From Lama glama (lineage: Eukaryota): DNA of 64,000 bases. Where the stretch lies: contig CM052817.1 of NCBI GenBank assembly GCA_028534125.1, positions 71,612,001-71,676,000 of the forward strand. Reading direction: 5' to 3'. The translations under genes were made by a program, and so were the position numbers. Positions 1 through 12,088 of this stretch are shown here, piece by piece (position 1 is the first letter of the stretch; every line of letters starts with the position of its first letter). Under the pieces are notes generated by a model. That model saw only the letters and a list, made by a program, of their open reading frames with translations. It ran no database searches and was not told the DNA's origin.

Positions 1-784
1 AAGTTGATTAGCTGATTCTTATTATTCATTTTATTAAGTGAAGCAGCTGTTAATGAAATACTTAGGAGATCAAGTCATCAAGATCCATGAAGCATCATAA
101 TTCACCGAGAGGCTTTGTTGTCAGTTATCAAGCATAAAAGTAGTAGAGTGAAAAAAGTGAGTCTAAGAAAAATAGTTGTCAACATGATAATTTATAAGTT
201 AGGCATTTAAAAAAATCATAACTATTTTCCATGTCAGTAATAAATGACATCTGATTATTTAAAAATTCTTTATTGTGTCTCTCGACCAAAACTATCTTTT
301 GAGAAGTCCAAAACTACTGGACAATTTCCTAGACCTAAAGTGCCTTAGATCACCTACTTCTTCTCTATTTAATTCCCTGCTGTTCGGAATGGATGATTTA
401 GTTGTGCAATTTTTAGGTCACAGCTTTTAATTCATACAAAATTGTTCTCAAACAATGTCATAGACTGAGCTATCTTTTGGGGTTATATCTCTTTAGTCCC
501 TGTAGGGGAGGTTCAACCTGTGATCCTCTGAGTTACCCAGATGAAAGGCTTTCCTGCAAGTCTCTACATCTTTTTTAAGATCTTGAATTTAAGACCAGGA
601 TTCATGGGAATTGGTTTAGGACATCCGTATGGATGAAGTTTCTGCAAGCCAAAAAAAGGATAATGAGCTTTCAGCTTCTCCATTTGGGACCAAGTAAGAC
701 TATTCCGATGTCATTCCTTTTGAGCACAATTTTTCTGTGCATCATTTAAAAGTAAGAGACAAGAGGGATGGAAAAGGGTCAACA

Positions 785-2618
785 GGCAAAAGACTTGTAC
801 TCTGAAAACTATACGATGCTGATTAAAGAAACTGAAGATGACACAAAAAGATGGAAAAATGTATCATGTTCTTGGATAGGAAGAATCAATATTGTTGAAA
901 TGGCCATACTACCCTAGGCAATATACATATTCAGTGCAATCCTTATCAAATTACCAATGGCATTTTTCACAGAACTGGAACAAAAAATTTTAAAATTTTT
1001 ATGGAAACACAAAAGACCTTGAATAACCAAAACAATCTTGAGAAAGAAAATAGAGCTGGAGCAATCACACTCCCTGACTTCAGACTGCACTACAAAGCCA
1101 CAGTAATCAAAACAGGATGGTACTGGCACAAAAGCAGACATATAGATCAATGGAACAGGATAAGAAAGTCCAGAAATAAACCCATGCACTTATGGTCAAT
1201 TAATCTATGACAAAGGAGGCAAGAATATATGACAGAGAAAAGACAGTCTCTTCAATAAGTGGTGCTGGAAAAGCTGGACAGCTACATATAAAAGACTGAA
1301 ATTAGAACATTCTCTAATACCATATACAAAAATAAATTCAAGGTAGATTAAAGACTTAAATGTAAGACCAGATACTATAAAACTCCTAGAGGAAAACATA
1401 AGCAGAATACTCTCAGACATAAATCACAGCAATATATTTTTGGATCCATCTCCTAGAGTAATGGAAATAAAAACAAAATAAATAAATGGGACCTAATTGA
1501 ACTTAAAAGCTTTTGCACAGCAAAAGAAACCATAAACAAAATGAAAAGACAACTCATGGAATAGGAGAAAATATTTGCAAATGATGTGACTGACAAAGGA
1601 TTAGTTTCCAAAATATACAAGCAACTCACAAAGCTTAATATCAAAAAACAAACAACCCAATCAAAAAATAAGCAGAAGAACTAATCAGACATTTCTCCAA
1701 AGAAGACATCCAGATGGCCAACAGGCATATGAAAAGATGCTCAGTATCAACTCATTATTTGAGAAATGCAAATCAAAACCACAGTGAGGTATCACCTTAC
1801 ATCAGTTAGAATGGCCACCATCAAAAATTCTACAAATAATGAATGCTGGAGAGGGTGTGGAGAAAAAGGAACCCTCCTACACTGTTCGTGAGAATGTAAA
1901 TTGGTGCAGCCGTTATGGAGAACAGTATGGAGGTTCCTTAAAACATTAAAAATCGACATCGTATGATCCAGCAATCCCACTCCTGGGCATATATCCAGGG
2001 AAAACTCAAATTTGAAAAGATACATGCACCCCAACATTCCTAGCAGCACTTTTTACAATAGCCAAGACATGGAACAACCTAAATGTCCATTGACAGATGA
2101 ATGAATAAAGAAGATCTGGTATATGTATACAATGGAGTATTACTCAGCCATAAAAAATAACAAAATAATGCCATTTGCAGCAACATGAATGGACCTAGAG
2201 ATTATCATACTAAGTGAAGTTAAGTCAGACAGAGAAAGACAAATACCATGATATCACTTATATGTGGAATCTAAAAAAATGACACAAACTTATTTACAAA
2301 CCAGAAAGAGATGCACAGACATAGAAAACAAACTTATGGTTACCAGGCGGGTAAAAGGGGAAGGAGGGGTAAATTGGGAGTTTGGGATTGGCAGGTAAAA
2401 ACTACTGTGTACAGAATAGAAAACAACAAGGTCCTGCTATATAGCACAGGGAACTATATTCAATGGCTTGTAGTAATCTGTAATGAAAAAGAATATGGAA
2501 AAGAATATATATATATTCATACACACACACACACACACATATGTATAACTGAATCACTATGCTGTACACCAGAAACTAATACAATATTGTAAACCAACTA
2601 TACTTTTAATTTAAAAAA
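785..2618 (+). mobile_element. LINE-1, 5'-truncated: ORF2 C-terminal part and 3' UTR (decayed)
   Basis: ORF2 peptides such as [39 protein letters not shown]. Typical 3' UTR ending gaatcactatgctgtacaccagaaactaatacaatattgtaaaccaactatac, then an A-rich tail. Stops and frameshifts present. Confidence 0.97.
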
Positions 2619-2760
2619 TGGGGGAAAAAGATGGGAAAAGGAAAGAACAACAATAAATAAACAAACAAACAAGCAAATAAAATTGCTTCCCTTAACATTT
2701 AAAGTGAGGTTTAGAAGCCAAGAGAGAGGTGATGAAACACCTGAATCAACAGAAGGGATG

Positions 2761-2825
2761 CTGACTATACTTCAGTTAAAAAAAAAAAAAGACATACGCA
2801 ACATAAAACAACAACAACAACAAAA
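2761..2825 (+). mobile_element. Very short L1 3'-terminal fragment with A-rich tail
   Basis: ctgactatacttcagtt plus A13 resembles the L1 terminus. Flanked by imperfect direct repeats aacagaagggatg (2748-2760) and aacagaaggagtg (2826-2838). Confidence 0.6.
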
Positions 2826-2845
2826 AACAGAAGGAGTGTTGAGCA

Positions 2846-3399
2846 TGTGTCAGTTACATCCAGTCAGGAAAAGAGAAACCGCCACAACTATTTTAACAAA
2901 GAGAATTTAATATGAGGAATTGGTCAAATGGGTACTGGAAGGAAAGTAGATAAAACAGAGACAGTAACTTCAGGAAGTAGCTTCATTCTTAGTGTTGAGG
3001 AAACAGAGAAAAGACTGGGGTTCTCAAAAAAACCTAGACACTTGGAGAAGCGGCCCTCAGAGCTGTGTACCTGGTGGTAGTATCTCTGGCAGACCTCATT
3101 ACAAGGCTGGATCTAAGAAGCGGAAAAAAGTCTGAAACTCGAACCATCTGCTTCTGGAACAAACTGTGCTCCCTGGGTGAGGAGCCACACGGGGGTGACC
3201 CAAGCAGCAATAAAAAGCAAAAGGGAAACGGTGAATTCTTTCTCCACCCTCCTGCCTTCTAGTCTCCCTGTAGTTTCTCTCACTGGTGAAACCTACAAGG
3301 AAGCCAGAGGAGAAGTGTTTGTAGAAGCCCAGTTCCGATACCACAGAGATAAAGGGGGCAAGTTCGAAGCTTAGAGGCAATAGCTTCATAACTGGTACA
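2846..3399 (-). mobile_element. Old solo LTR (LTR78/LTR79-like, family uncertain)
   Basis: TG...CA ends with imperfect terminal inverted repeats tgtgtcagtta / taactggtaca. The opening ccagtcaggaaaagagaaacc...gaatttaatatgaggaattgg is typical of ancient eutherian LTRs. Confidence 0.65.
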
Positions 3400-4849
3400 G
3401 ATGCTACATTGGGATGAAAACAGGAGAGAAAAAAAATCTAAAGACTGGATTGTAAGAGAGACACACTGAGAGCTGGAGAGGAGATACTGTAAATAATTAT
3501 TTAGGAAAATCTGTACTAACTGACAATGCTTTTTGGTTTTGGTTTGTGTTTTGTTGGGTTGTGATAAAGCGCTGTGACTTTATCTCAGTGAACATGAGAC
3601 TGAAGCACAGTTACCTGAAGAGGCCAGTCACTGTTGGCTTACTTACGGATAAAACTAAGAAAGACAAGGCTTAGCTAAAAGAGAACAATCATATAAAAAC
3701 CATGGAAACTAAATTTAATAGACCCTCAAAGAGTTGGTACATTCCTCTTTTTTTTTTCCTAAATTAAAAGTAACCAAAAAGAAGTGGGAAATATCAATTG
3801 TCAAGTCTAAGATGATAGTGAACCATTGCACTCTTGACAGGAAATGTTTTTGTATTGAAATAAATAATTTTATACAACTACCTTAATGTGTGACCTCAGA
3901 CAAAAAAATATATTTGGGTCCTTTTTTCTTATTTGAAAATTGAACTAAATGAATTCTATCCTCTTTTAGCTTTCAAATGTTGATGTCTATTAAAATGATT
4001 ACCTTTGCCTGCAAATCTGATATCTTAGGCATTTACAGTCCAAATCCAGCAAACCAGAGATTCTCCTTTAGTTTTGATTTTATCATTCCCAGATCTTTAG
4101 ATAACAGAATTTGATTAACTGCAATGGTACCAGAGATTGTGAAAGTGATAAGTCAAGAAAAGAACACATGACAACCAAGGAAAAACTTATTTAATTATCT
4201 GGTGTAAAGGGCTCTATTCCGACTTTTTTCTACTAAGACAATATAGTCAGTGTTTCAATAATCCCAGGCATCTGAAAATCTTCCAATAAGATGACTAAAA
4301 AGAAAGACACGTAGCTATTTTTCAAAAATCAGTTCTTGAACTTTTGAAATAGAAATTCTAGAGAGAGATGAAGTCCCACCAGGGCCCTGATGTCATCTGC
4401 TGGCTTAGACCATTACTTGCTTACCTTAAATAACTATTCCTTTAATCTGAGAGCCATGGATATCTGAAACTACGCCTGCAGACTCCAGCATGATAAACCT
4501 ATTTTAAGTCATATCATGGACTTATCAAAAAATTGGGGAGGAAGTTATTCTGATGACCTAGTAAGAATCAATGCAATTTTCTGCACCATTACAGATGAGT
4601 TATTGATTAATTACTTGGTGTCTTTGTTGTTGGTGTGGATAAATGGACAAAAAGAATCAAAGATTATTTCCCTTATTTTCCCTTTGTGGATGTCCAGCCA
4701 GCTGTTTGTATCCTGAGTGTTTCAGGTCCACTGATATTAACCTAGAGTGTACTGAGTGGGGAGGGAAAGGACACATTTACTTTGCCAGAGTAAGAGAGGG
4801 AAGTGGGCTTATTTGGGGAAGAGGATTGGATTTATCAAGACTAGAAAGA

Positions 4850-5270
4850 CCAAGAAGTGACGGGTTCTGTGATGATCACTGCACTGGCCTGGCAGAGTTG
4901 GCTGTGTGGATGCCTGGGGACCTGGCACTCACACAGTTGCCTTAGTTGTGTGGCAAAGGTCCCAGTGATAAAACCCAGAAGGTATAGACACTGCCAGCTG
5001 ACTCACTAATCTTCACCTGGACCATGTACACTTGGACAATGAGCAACTCAGCAGTGACCATGATGGACTGAACATCAGGAGTATTGTACAATATTAAAGG
5101 GAGAGCAGGAGCTCCACAGTGACCAATATTGGATTTCCTCCCAACAGCTGCTGTTAGCAACTGGAGAAATCGGTATATGAGCAACAAATTCCCTCCATAC
5201 AAATGGTACATACATGCTGAGGGGAACAGAGCAGTGGTATAATGTAACAGGTTACTGTGGAAACAGTTTT
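4850..5270 (+). mobile_element. Possible highly decayed class III (ERVL-like) pol remnant (RNase H / integrase N-terminus)
   Basis: Fragmentary peptides AELAVWM, TW...SNSAVTMMD*, TAAVSN and EQQIPSIQM...GEQ...*QV resemble the ERVL order WAELRAV / AQWAHEQSGH / ATATAECPICQQQ / WQVDYIG. Confidence 0.3.
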
Positions 5271-5374
5271 TTTGCAATTCAAAAACCCATCCAAAATGAT
5301 TTCTAAGCCTGTACCATGTGGCTAGTATATTAAACCCTTACAATTCAGAAATTAATAATAATAATAGAACATCA

Positions 5375-5680
5375 TAGCTTGCAAAATACTTTCAAAATTA
5401 TCATCTCTTCATCTTTACAACAATCCTATGACATGTCATTGTTCCTCATTTACAAGTAAAGTTGAAGCGCAAAAGGTTACTGAAGCTACTTCGCATAGTT
5501 CTAAAGTGAATAAATTCATGAGTTAGATACTATCAACTAGGTATCTTTGGACTCAATCCTATTACAATTTTTGTTTAACGAATGAGAAAACTGAGGCTCA
5601 GAAAGATGAAGTGCCATTTCAGAGGCTCCATAAGCCCTTGAAATGTGGCAGAATCAGGATCTACAGCTCCAGAGCTCACT
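5375..5680 (-). mobile_element. Two adjacent MIR SINE fragments
   Basis: ctttacaacaatcctatga and aatgagaaaactgaggctcagaaagatgaagtg match the MIR core in reverse. Confidence 0.75.
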
Positions 5681-5789
5681 ACTAAAACAAAATCTGGACA
5701 AAGAGGGTGAAGGAAAAGACGATTCTAGGAGAGGAAACAGCTTGCATGAAGGACTGAATTGAGAGAGAGAATGTATTCTGCTTCCCTCG

Positions 5790-5970
5790 TCAACTTTTTA
5801 TTTTGAAAATGTTTTAACTTGGAATTAAGTTGAATAAACAGTTCAATGAGTAGCCTTCCCTTAAGTTCCCAATTTTAACATTTTTGCCACATTTGAATGT
5901 AAGTTGCAGATATGATGACATTTCACCTTTGAATTTTTCTGCATGCCCTCTTAAGAATATAGATACTCTT
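5790..5970 (-). mobile_element. Old L1 (L1MC-type) 3' UTR fragment
   Basis: caactttttattttgaaaat...aacatttttgccacatttg...gtaagttgcagatatgatgacatttcacc. Confidence 0.6.
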
Positions 5971-7292
5971 GTGGAAGCTTTAGGGCTGAATTTTGAAGAA
6001 GAAATGGAACATAAATTAATAAAAAGAGAAAGGACACTATTATATTACCACCTTAATTACTATATGATATGTTAATGAAACAGAATGAACCTGACTTCCA
6101 GAGTTTAATCAAGTTAGTCTTTGAGAAATAATTATTATTCCTTTATTTTAATCTCTGTGTATGTGTGTATTTAGTTCACACACAAGATTGCCTTTGATTT
6201 ACATAATAGCCCTTGGAGATAAAGATAGATATTTTTTAAAGTCAAATGAGGAATCTGAGGTGCTAAAGAAGTTACTTTGCCCCAGGTCATTTGGTGGATA
6301 TGTGAACAAGATTCCTCCAGATTTTTCCAACTTTCACAAATGCATAGTTTGCACCCAAAAAGGAGTCCTATGAACTCAGAAATTTCAACTCAGTTGTTTC
6401 TAGATGCATGCTCCTTGGATGACTGCTTCCTTTCTTAAACATTGTATTTGAGTTTCTGCTAACTTGCAATGTATTTTAGACTGCAGTCATTGAGCTGATG
6501 TCACAGCCCTGATGTACGCATGCACTGCATTCTCCTCAGCTCCTATAGCTGTCAGTACGTTTGGTTCTTGAGATGTCCACAGTCAGCACAACAGTCATGC
6601 CATGCCAGCTTTGGATTTTTAACAGCTCTGAGTGGTCTCTGCATATATGTTTTGTACATAGATGAGAGAAGAGTGAAAATATATTTCTAGATTTCTGGGT
6701 AAATATTTAGAAGTGAATGATGAAGCAACTGCTCAATGGATAGTTTGCATACGTGACAAAAGTATTTCAATAGCAGTAGGATGGTTAGACACTTGCCCGA
6801 GAATCTGATCTCCTGGGTTCTTTTAAAGATTTGGAATCAATAACTCATGTTCCTGCAATTTAATCATCTGTCTTCAATGGTAATAACAAACATAGCATTT
6901 CCTTTCTTTTGCTATAGATAAGTGATAAGAAGTCATATTTTCTGTATAACTTTTTGAGGTCCTGATAAAAGTAGTACTAAGAAAGGTAGCATTTGCCTCA
7001 CATTTTTCTGAATTAGGTAAGAGAAATATAGTTTTGTGGGTTTTTTTTTTTCTTTTAGTTTTGGAAGTTCTAGTGAAACTTAGTCCTGGCCATGAGGGAC
7101 AAGGAGCTGAGATAGAGAGAGAGGAAGCAAGGTGCTGAAATGACCCAGGCTGCCAGAGTTCTCACATTCACAGGTTTTCTATTTGGTTGTAAACCTGATA
7201 ATTCTAACCAGAGTCCAGGAGGAGGCATGATTGCAGGGAAGGAAAGAAAAGAGCCAAAGGGCATGGGAGAAGGAGAGGTGAGGAAAAGAATG

Positions 7293-7570
7293 GTCTTGGT
7301 ACCCTCCTAAAAAATCATTTGACCATATATGCAAGGGTTTATTTCTGGGTTCTCTAGGCTCTTAAGTCAATCCTATTAAAATCCTAGCTGGCTTCTTTGC
7401 AGAAACTGACAAGACGATCCTAAAATTCATGTGAAAACCGAAACTGATCACACATAAGTCAATTTAAAAAATATTGCGATCTTAACAATATTAAGTTTTT
7501 TGATCCATGAACATGGAATGTCTATTCACATAGTTTAGTGTATGTCGCTAATGGATTTAAAAGTCTTTAA
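7293..7570 (-). mobile_element. L1 ORF2 fragment with an internal inverted segment (about 7367-7440 on +)
   Basis: Antisense aaaatcatttgaccatatatgcaagggtttatttctgg, then sense atcctattaaaatcctagctggcttctttgcagaaactgacaag, then antisense atcttaacaatattaag...atccatgaacatggaatgtc. Confidence 0.75.
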
Positions 7571-8003
7571 TTAATTGCTTTTCACCTCAACTTCCATTGT
7601 TTTTGAGAGCATCCTTATGCTTGAACTTCTCCACACTCTGTTGCAAATGAAATCAGTTACTTTGGGAAGAAATTCAAAGCTCTCTGATTTATAGCCCCCC
7701 TTCTCTCCCCTGACAAAATCTCTCAGCCAAGTTTCTAGAGCTGTAGGTAGAAACAGTGATGCGCTTCTTTTTGAGTGACACACCTACTTTAGGAGCTGGG
7801 TACTTGGTGGAAGGGGATGTAGCTGTAGCTTCTGGTATTCTCAGCTTGGGCAAGCAATTTCTCTTTATAAGTGGGCCAGAGCAAGGGCTATTGGAAACCC
7901 AGTATTCTTGATACACTGGCCCCAAAGTAAAGCCTCCATCCCATGAGTAGGGCCTTGGTGTAAGAAAGGAGCATCACCAGAACTCTTGCCTAAAATCTCT
8001 TCT

Positions 8004-8390
8004 GTATTGTGTTCCAGGGAACTACATGTTCCTTAATCCCCTTTCCCATAGGATTCTGAGTTAGATTTTGCTAATGCCAACTTGAATGAGATCCAAAGTC
8101 TTCTTTATGTTTATTTGAGAACCACCTGCCTCACTGCTTTGGAGCAAATTAGTTGGTGAAAAATTTTTCAGAGAAACCTGAAAATTCCATTTCCTGTGAA
8201 CTTTAGATATATAACCTGTTGCCTCAGTGCTTCAGATTGTGGTCATCAGTGTCCACCTCACTTTTTCAAAACTTTGATGGCAAATTCCCTGACCTTTGCT
8301 CCATCCTTCAGGTAAATCCTTATAATAATAAACCCTTTATTTCTGGAATTCTTAAAGGGGCTCTGCTTTCTTAACAAAGCAGACTTTGTT
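8004..8390 (+). mobile_element. ERVL solo LTR (LTR33-like)
   Basis: gattctgagttagattttgctaatg and the 3' part taataaaccctttatttctggaattcttaaaggggctctgctttc resemble LTR33-type ends. Confidence 0.5.
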
Positions 8391-8637
8391 AAGAAAAAAC
8401 AAAGACTGAAATGGTCAGGTGCCCAGGGCACATATTTTAGTAGTTATTGTTTAGTTGAGAAAGACCATAAATACCAAGAAGAAAAATGGAAGTATTGTAA
8501 GTAAGAATGAGGAGGGGCAACAAGGTGCTGGAGATGATCAGAGGGGTTAGAGTCAAGAGTATTGTTGAATGGACAATCCCTGAGCAGGAGGAAGAAGGGA
8601 CATATCCTTAAGACTGGGTAGAAGTTAAGAATGATGT

Positions 8638-9075
8638 TGTGTTAGTCTGGTTCCTTTGAAAAGAAGACACCAGAACAGAATACTGTGTGCAAGTTATTCA
8701 CTGGGGAAAATGCCTATGAGGGAAAATGGAGAGGAAGATGGAGGAGTCTGGGAGAACTTTGGTTCCTGTGTGAACTCTGTGAAGAGAAGATGAAAAAAGG
8801 TTGAGAAGAAAGTGCCTTCAGAGCAGTGCAGGTGCCATTTTGGAATTCTTTATCTAACACCAGTGGGCACATCCCACTGAGAACTCCACCCACCCCTGCG
8901 CCTCAGCTGGTCCTCACAGCTGCTGAGCAGTATCCCCATCCACCAGCACCCTGCAGCAGCCATGGCCCCTCGCGACAGGAGGGCACACACAGACCACCCT
9001 TTGTGCTCTTGGCTCTGGTGGCCAGGTGGGACTGCACTTCTGAGCTCTGCAGGATGTCCCTTAAATAAGGCTGGT
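8638..9075 (-). mobile_element. ERVL-class solo LTR (LTR16/LTR41/LTR50-like), truncated
   Basis: tgtgttagtctggttcctttgaaaagaagacaccag...tgcaagttattcactggggaaaatgcctatgagggaaaatggagagg. Confidence 0.6.
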
Positions 9076-9080
9076 CCTTC

Positions 9081-10840
9081 AAGAATGGGAGGCATAGCTG
9101 GCATACCTAATACATAGAAACAGAGAATATAGAAAGGAATATGTTTCGATTGAAACAACAAAACAAAACCTCAGAAGAAGGGCTAAAATGAAAGAGGTAA
9201 GCAGTCTACTTGATGAAGTGTTCAAAGTAATGGTCATAAAGATGCTCATAAAACTTGGGAGAAGAATGGATGAACATAATGAGAACTTCAACAAAGAGAC
9301 AGAAAACATAAGAAAGTGCCAAACCGAAATTATAATTGGACTGAAAAATACACTAGAGAGGTTCGACAGAAGAACAGATGAGGTGGAAGCACAAATCAGT
9401 GAGCTGGAAGACAAAACAATGGAACTCGGGGCAGCAAAATGAAGAAAGAATTTTAAAAAGGACGTTTGGAACAACATCAAGTGGAGTAACATTTGTGTTG
9501 CAGGAGACCCAGAATAAGAGAGAGAGGAGGTGCCAGAAAAATGACTTGAAGGAACAGTGGCTGACAACTTCTCTAATCTGGGGAAAGAAGTAGACATCCA
9601 GGTCCAAGAAACCAGAGAGTTCTAAATAAGGTGAACACCAAGAGACACACACCAAAATACATCAGAATTAAAATGGTGAAAGTTAAGGATAAAGAGAGAA
9701 TTCTTAATGCAGCCAAAGAGAAAAACAACTTGTTAGTATAAGACAAACACCATGAAGTTATCAGCAAGTTTCCCAGCAGAAACTTTACAGGTCAGAAGGG
9801 AGTGGCATGATGTATTCAAAATGCTGAAATAAAAAACTCCCAAACAAGAATTCTCTACCCAGCAAGGTTATCATTCAGAATTGAAGGAGAGATCAAGTTT
9901 CCCAGATAAGCAAAAGCTAAAGGTGCACATCATCACTGAAGTAGCCCTACAAGAAACATTAAGAGGACCTCTTTAAGCTGGAAAGACATAGCGCTAATTA
10001 GAAAACATGCAAAAGTAAAAATCTCACTGGGAAAGGTAAGTGTATAATAAAGGCAGAGGATCAATCTCTTATAAAGCAAGCATGAAAGTCAAAACACAGA
10101 AGTAGTAAAAATAGCTAAAATTATAATAATTAGTTAAGGGACACATAAAATAAAATGATGTAAAACTTGTCAACAAAAGTATATTTTAAAAAGATAAAAC
10201 TTTGGAATATGTTCAAATTAAAGTCTGAATTTAAGTTGTTAAGTACCATATGACCCAGATATTTTACTTCTAAGTATTCATTTGAAGAACACAAAAACAC
10301 TAATTCGATATGATATATACTCCTTTATGTTCATGGCAACATTATTTGCAATAGCCAAATTTCGAAACAATCTAAGTGTCCATCGATGGATGAATAAAGA
10401 AGATGTGGGATATATATATATGTATATAATGGCATACTATTCAGCCAGAAAACAATAAAATCCTTCCATTTGTGGTAACATGGATGGAGCTTAAAGATGT
10501 TATGCTAAGTGAAATAAGTCAGATGGAGAAAGACAAATATTGTATGATTTCACTCATATGTGGATTCAAAAAAAAGACACAACAAAGGAACAAACAAAAA
10601 ACTAAAGCAAACATATGAATACACAGAATGCATTAATGGTTACCAGAAGGAAAGGGTTGGTGGGGGGGGCCCAATGAGTGAAATGAGTGAAGGGGGTCAA
10701 CTGTACAGTGAAGGATGATAACTAGATTTTGGTGATCATTTTGTAATTAGATACAGATGTTGAATTATAATGTTGTACATATGAACTACATATATATCTA
10801 TATCTATCTATCTCACCAAAAAAAGGAAAAAAGAAAAGAA
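9081..10840 (+). mobile_element. LINE-1 with ORF1 and inter-ORF region joined directly to the ORF2 C-terminus / 3' UTR (ORF2 body absent; HAL1-like architecture)
   Basis: ORF1 coiled coil FKVMVIKMLIKLGRRMDEHNENFNKETENIRK...ISELEDK. ORF1 ends near 9976. Junction near 10243 into the taccatatgacccag (PYDP) region, then 3' UTR and A-rich tail. Confidence 0.85.
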
Positions 10841-11835
10841 AATATCAAAATTAATTGTGGGAAAATTATTTAAAATTTTAAATTATTTATATTTAAATCA
10901 AATCTTACCTAATAAGAAATGGTGTAAATAATTTTTCTCCACTGGAAGTATGGCTTCTAAAAGGAAGGAGAAAAATCCTTCTATGCATTTCTAGTCACAT
11001 TGCTGGCTGCTGAGGTGCAGTTCTGGTCATTTTAAATAGGCTCTTTTAAACCAATTTACATGGGGGACATTTTGAACAATTGTGCTGACAGTTTGAAATA
11101 GGTTCTGTCAACACTGAACTGAATTATTTCAACAGTTAATTTTTTTTCTCTTTGCGAAGCTAGCCAAAATGAGGGGATAAGATAGGTCCAATATTTACAT
11201 TGAAATTAGTCCAATTAGAACTTTGGCAGTAGAGCTATGATCTCCCAGCCACGAGTTGAGTGTTTTAGAGAAACCTGCATGTGGTCAAGGCATGCACATG
11301 GAATGGCTTTGGCAATGGGTAGAGGCTGTCCAGAGAATGATAAGTTAGTTTGTGTCCTTTATTCACTCTTCATTCGTGGAGGGGAGAATAATCCTGTCAC
11401 TGCAGGATTTAGCATGTTCACTGGAAAACTGATGATGTCAAAACTAGTAAATGACATCATGTTCTCTTCAATTTATGCCAGTGTCGTATCCATATCGAAA
11501 TGAAAGCCTTCGGATTGTTAATTTAAAAAACAGGAAGAAAAATTTTAGATCCTATCTTCTAGTAAACACATTCAGTACTCTCTGTTGTGGTTTAGAGTTC
11601 CTGGTTTTAGGAGCACATAACAATTCTGCTGATTTAATGTGCAACAATGACACACATGAAGACCTTAATCTTGCCTGTGGAATAACTCCTGAATAGGTAA
11701 CCCAAGCTTTGGAAAATTGTAATGTTTATTGACAGCTAATTATTTTTTAAAAAATTCTATTTCCAAGTTGTTTTTTTTTAAATTAAGTTTTCCTAAGGCT
11801 AACAGAGTAAATTTTAGATTTACTTGGTCCAAAAG

Positions 11836-12088
11836 GTAGGCTCTGGCCGCACGTGGCTAGTAAGCATTGAAATGTGGTTGGTTCAATTTGAGATGTGCTG
11901 TAAGTGGGAGATACATACAGACTTCAAGTCTTAATACAAAAAAAGAGTAAAATGGTTATTGATTCATGTTGATTGATAATATTTGGATATACTGTGTTAA
12001 TATATACATATGTACTGATTAATTCCAGCTATTTTAACTTTGGGCTTATATATGGGCCTTACATTATATTTGTATTAGACAACATGGT
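11836..12088. mobile_element. hAT-Charlie MITE (MER33/MER3-like)
   Basis: cacgtggctagtaagcattgaaatgtggttggttcaatttgagatgtgctgtaagtg...cattatatttgtattagacaac. Confidence 0.75.

Noticed and set aside
520..660. Possible minus-strand exon (ttggcttgcag acceptor, gtaact donor)
   Set aside because: All three reading frames contain stop codons.
914..2592. Short ORFs on both strands of L1 fragments (also at 9079-9767, 16880-17505, 31711-35289 and 52417-53034)
   Set aside because: Broken sense pieces or antisense shadows of L1 ORF1/ORF2, not host genes.
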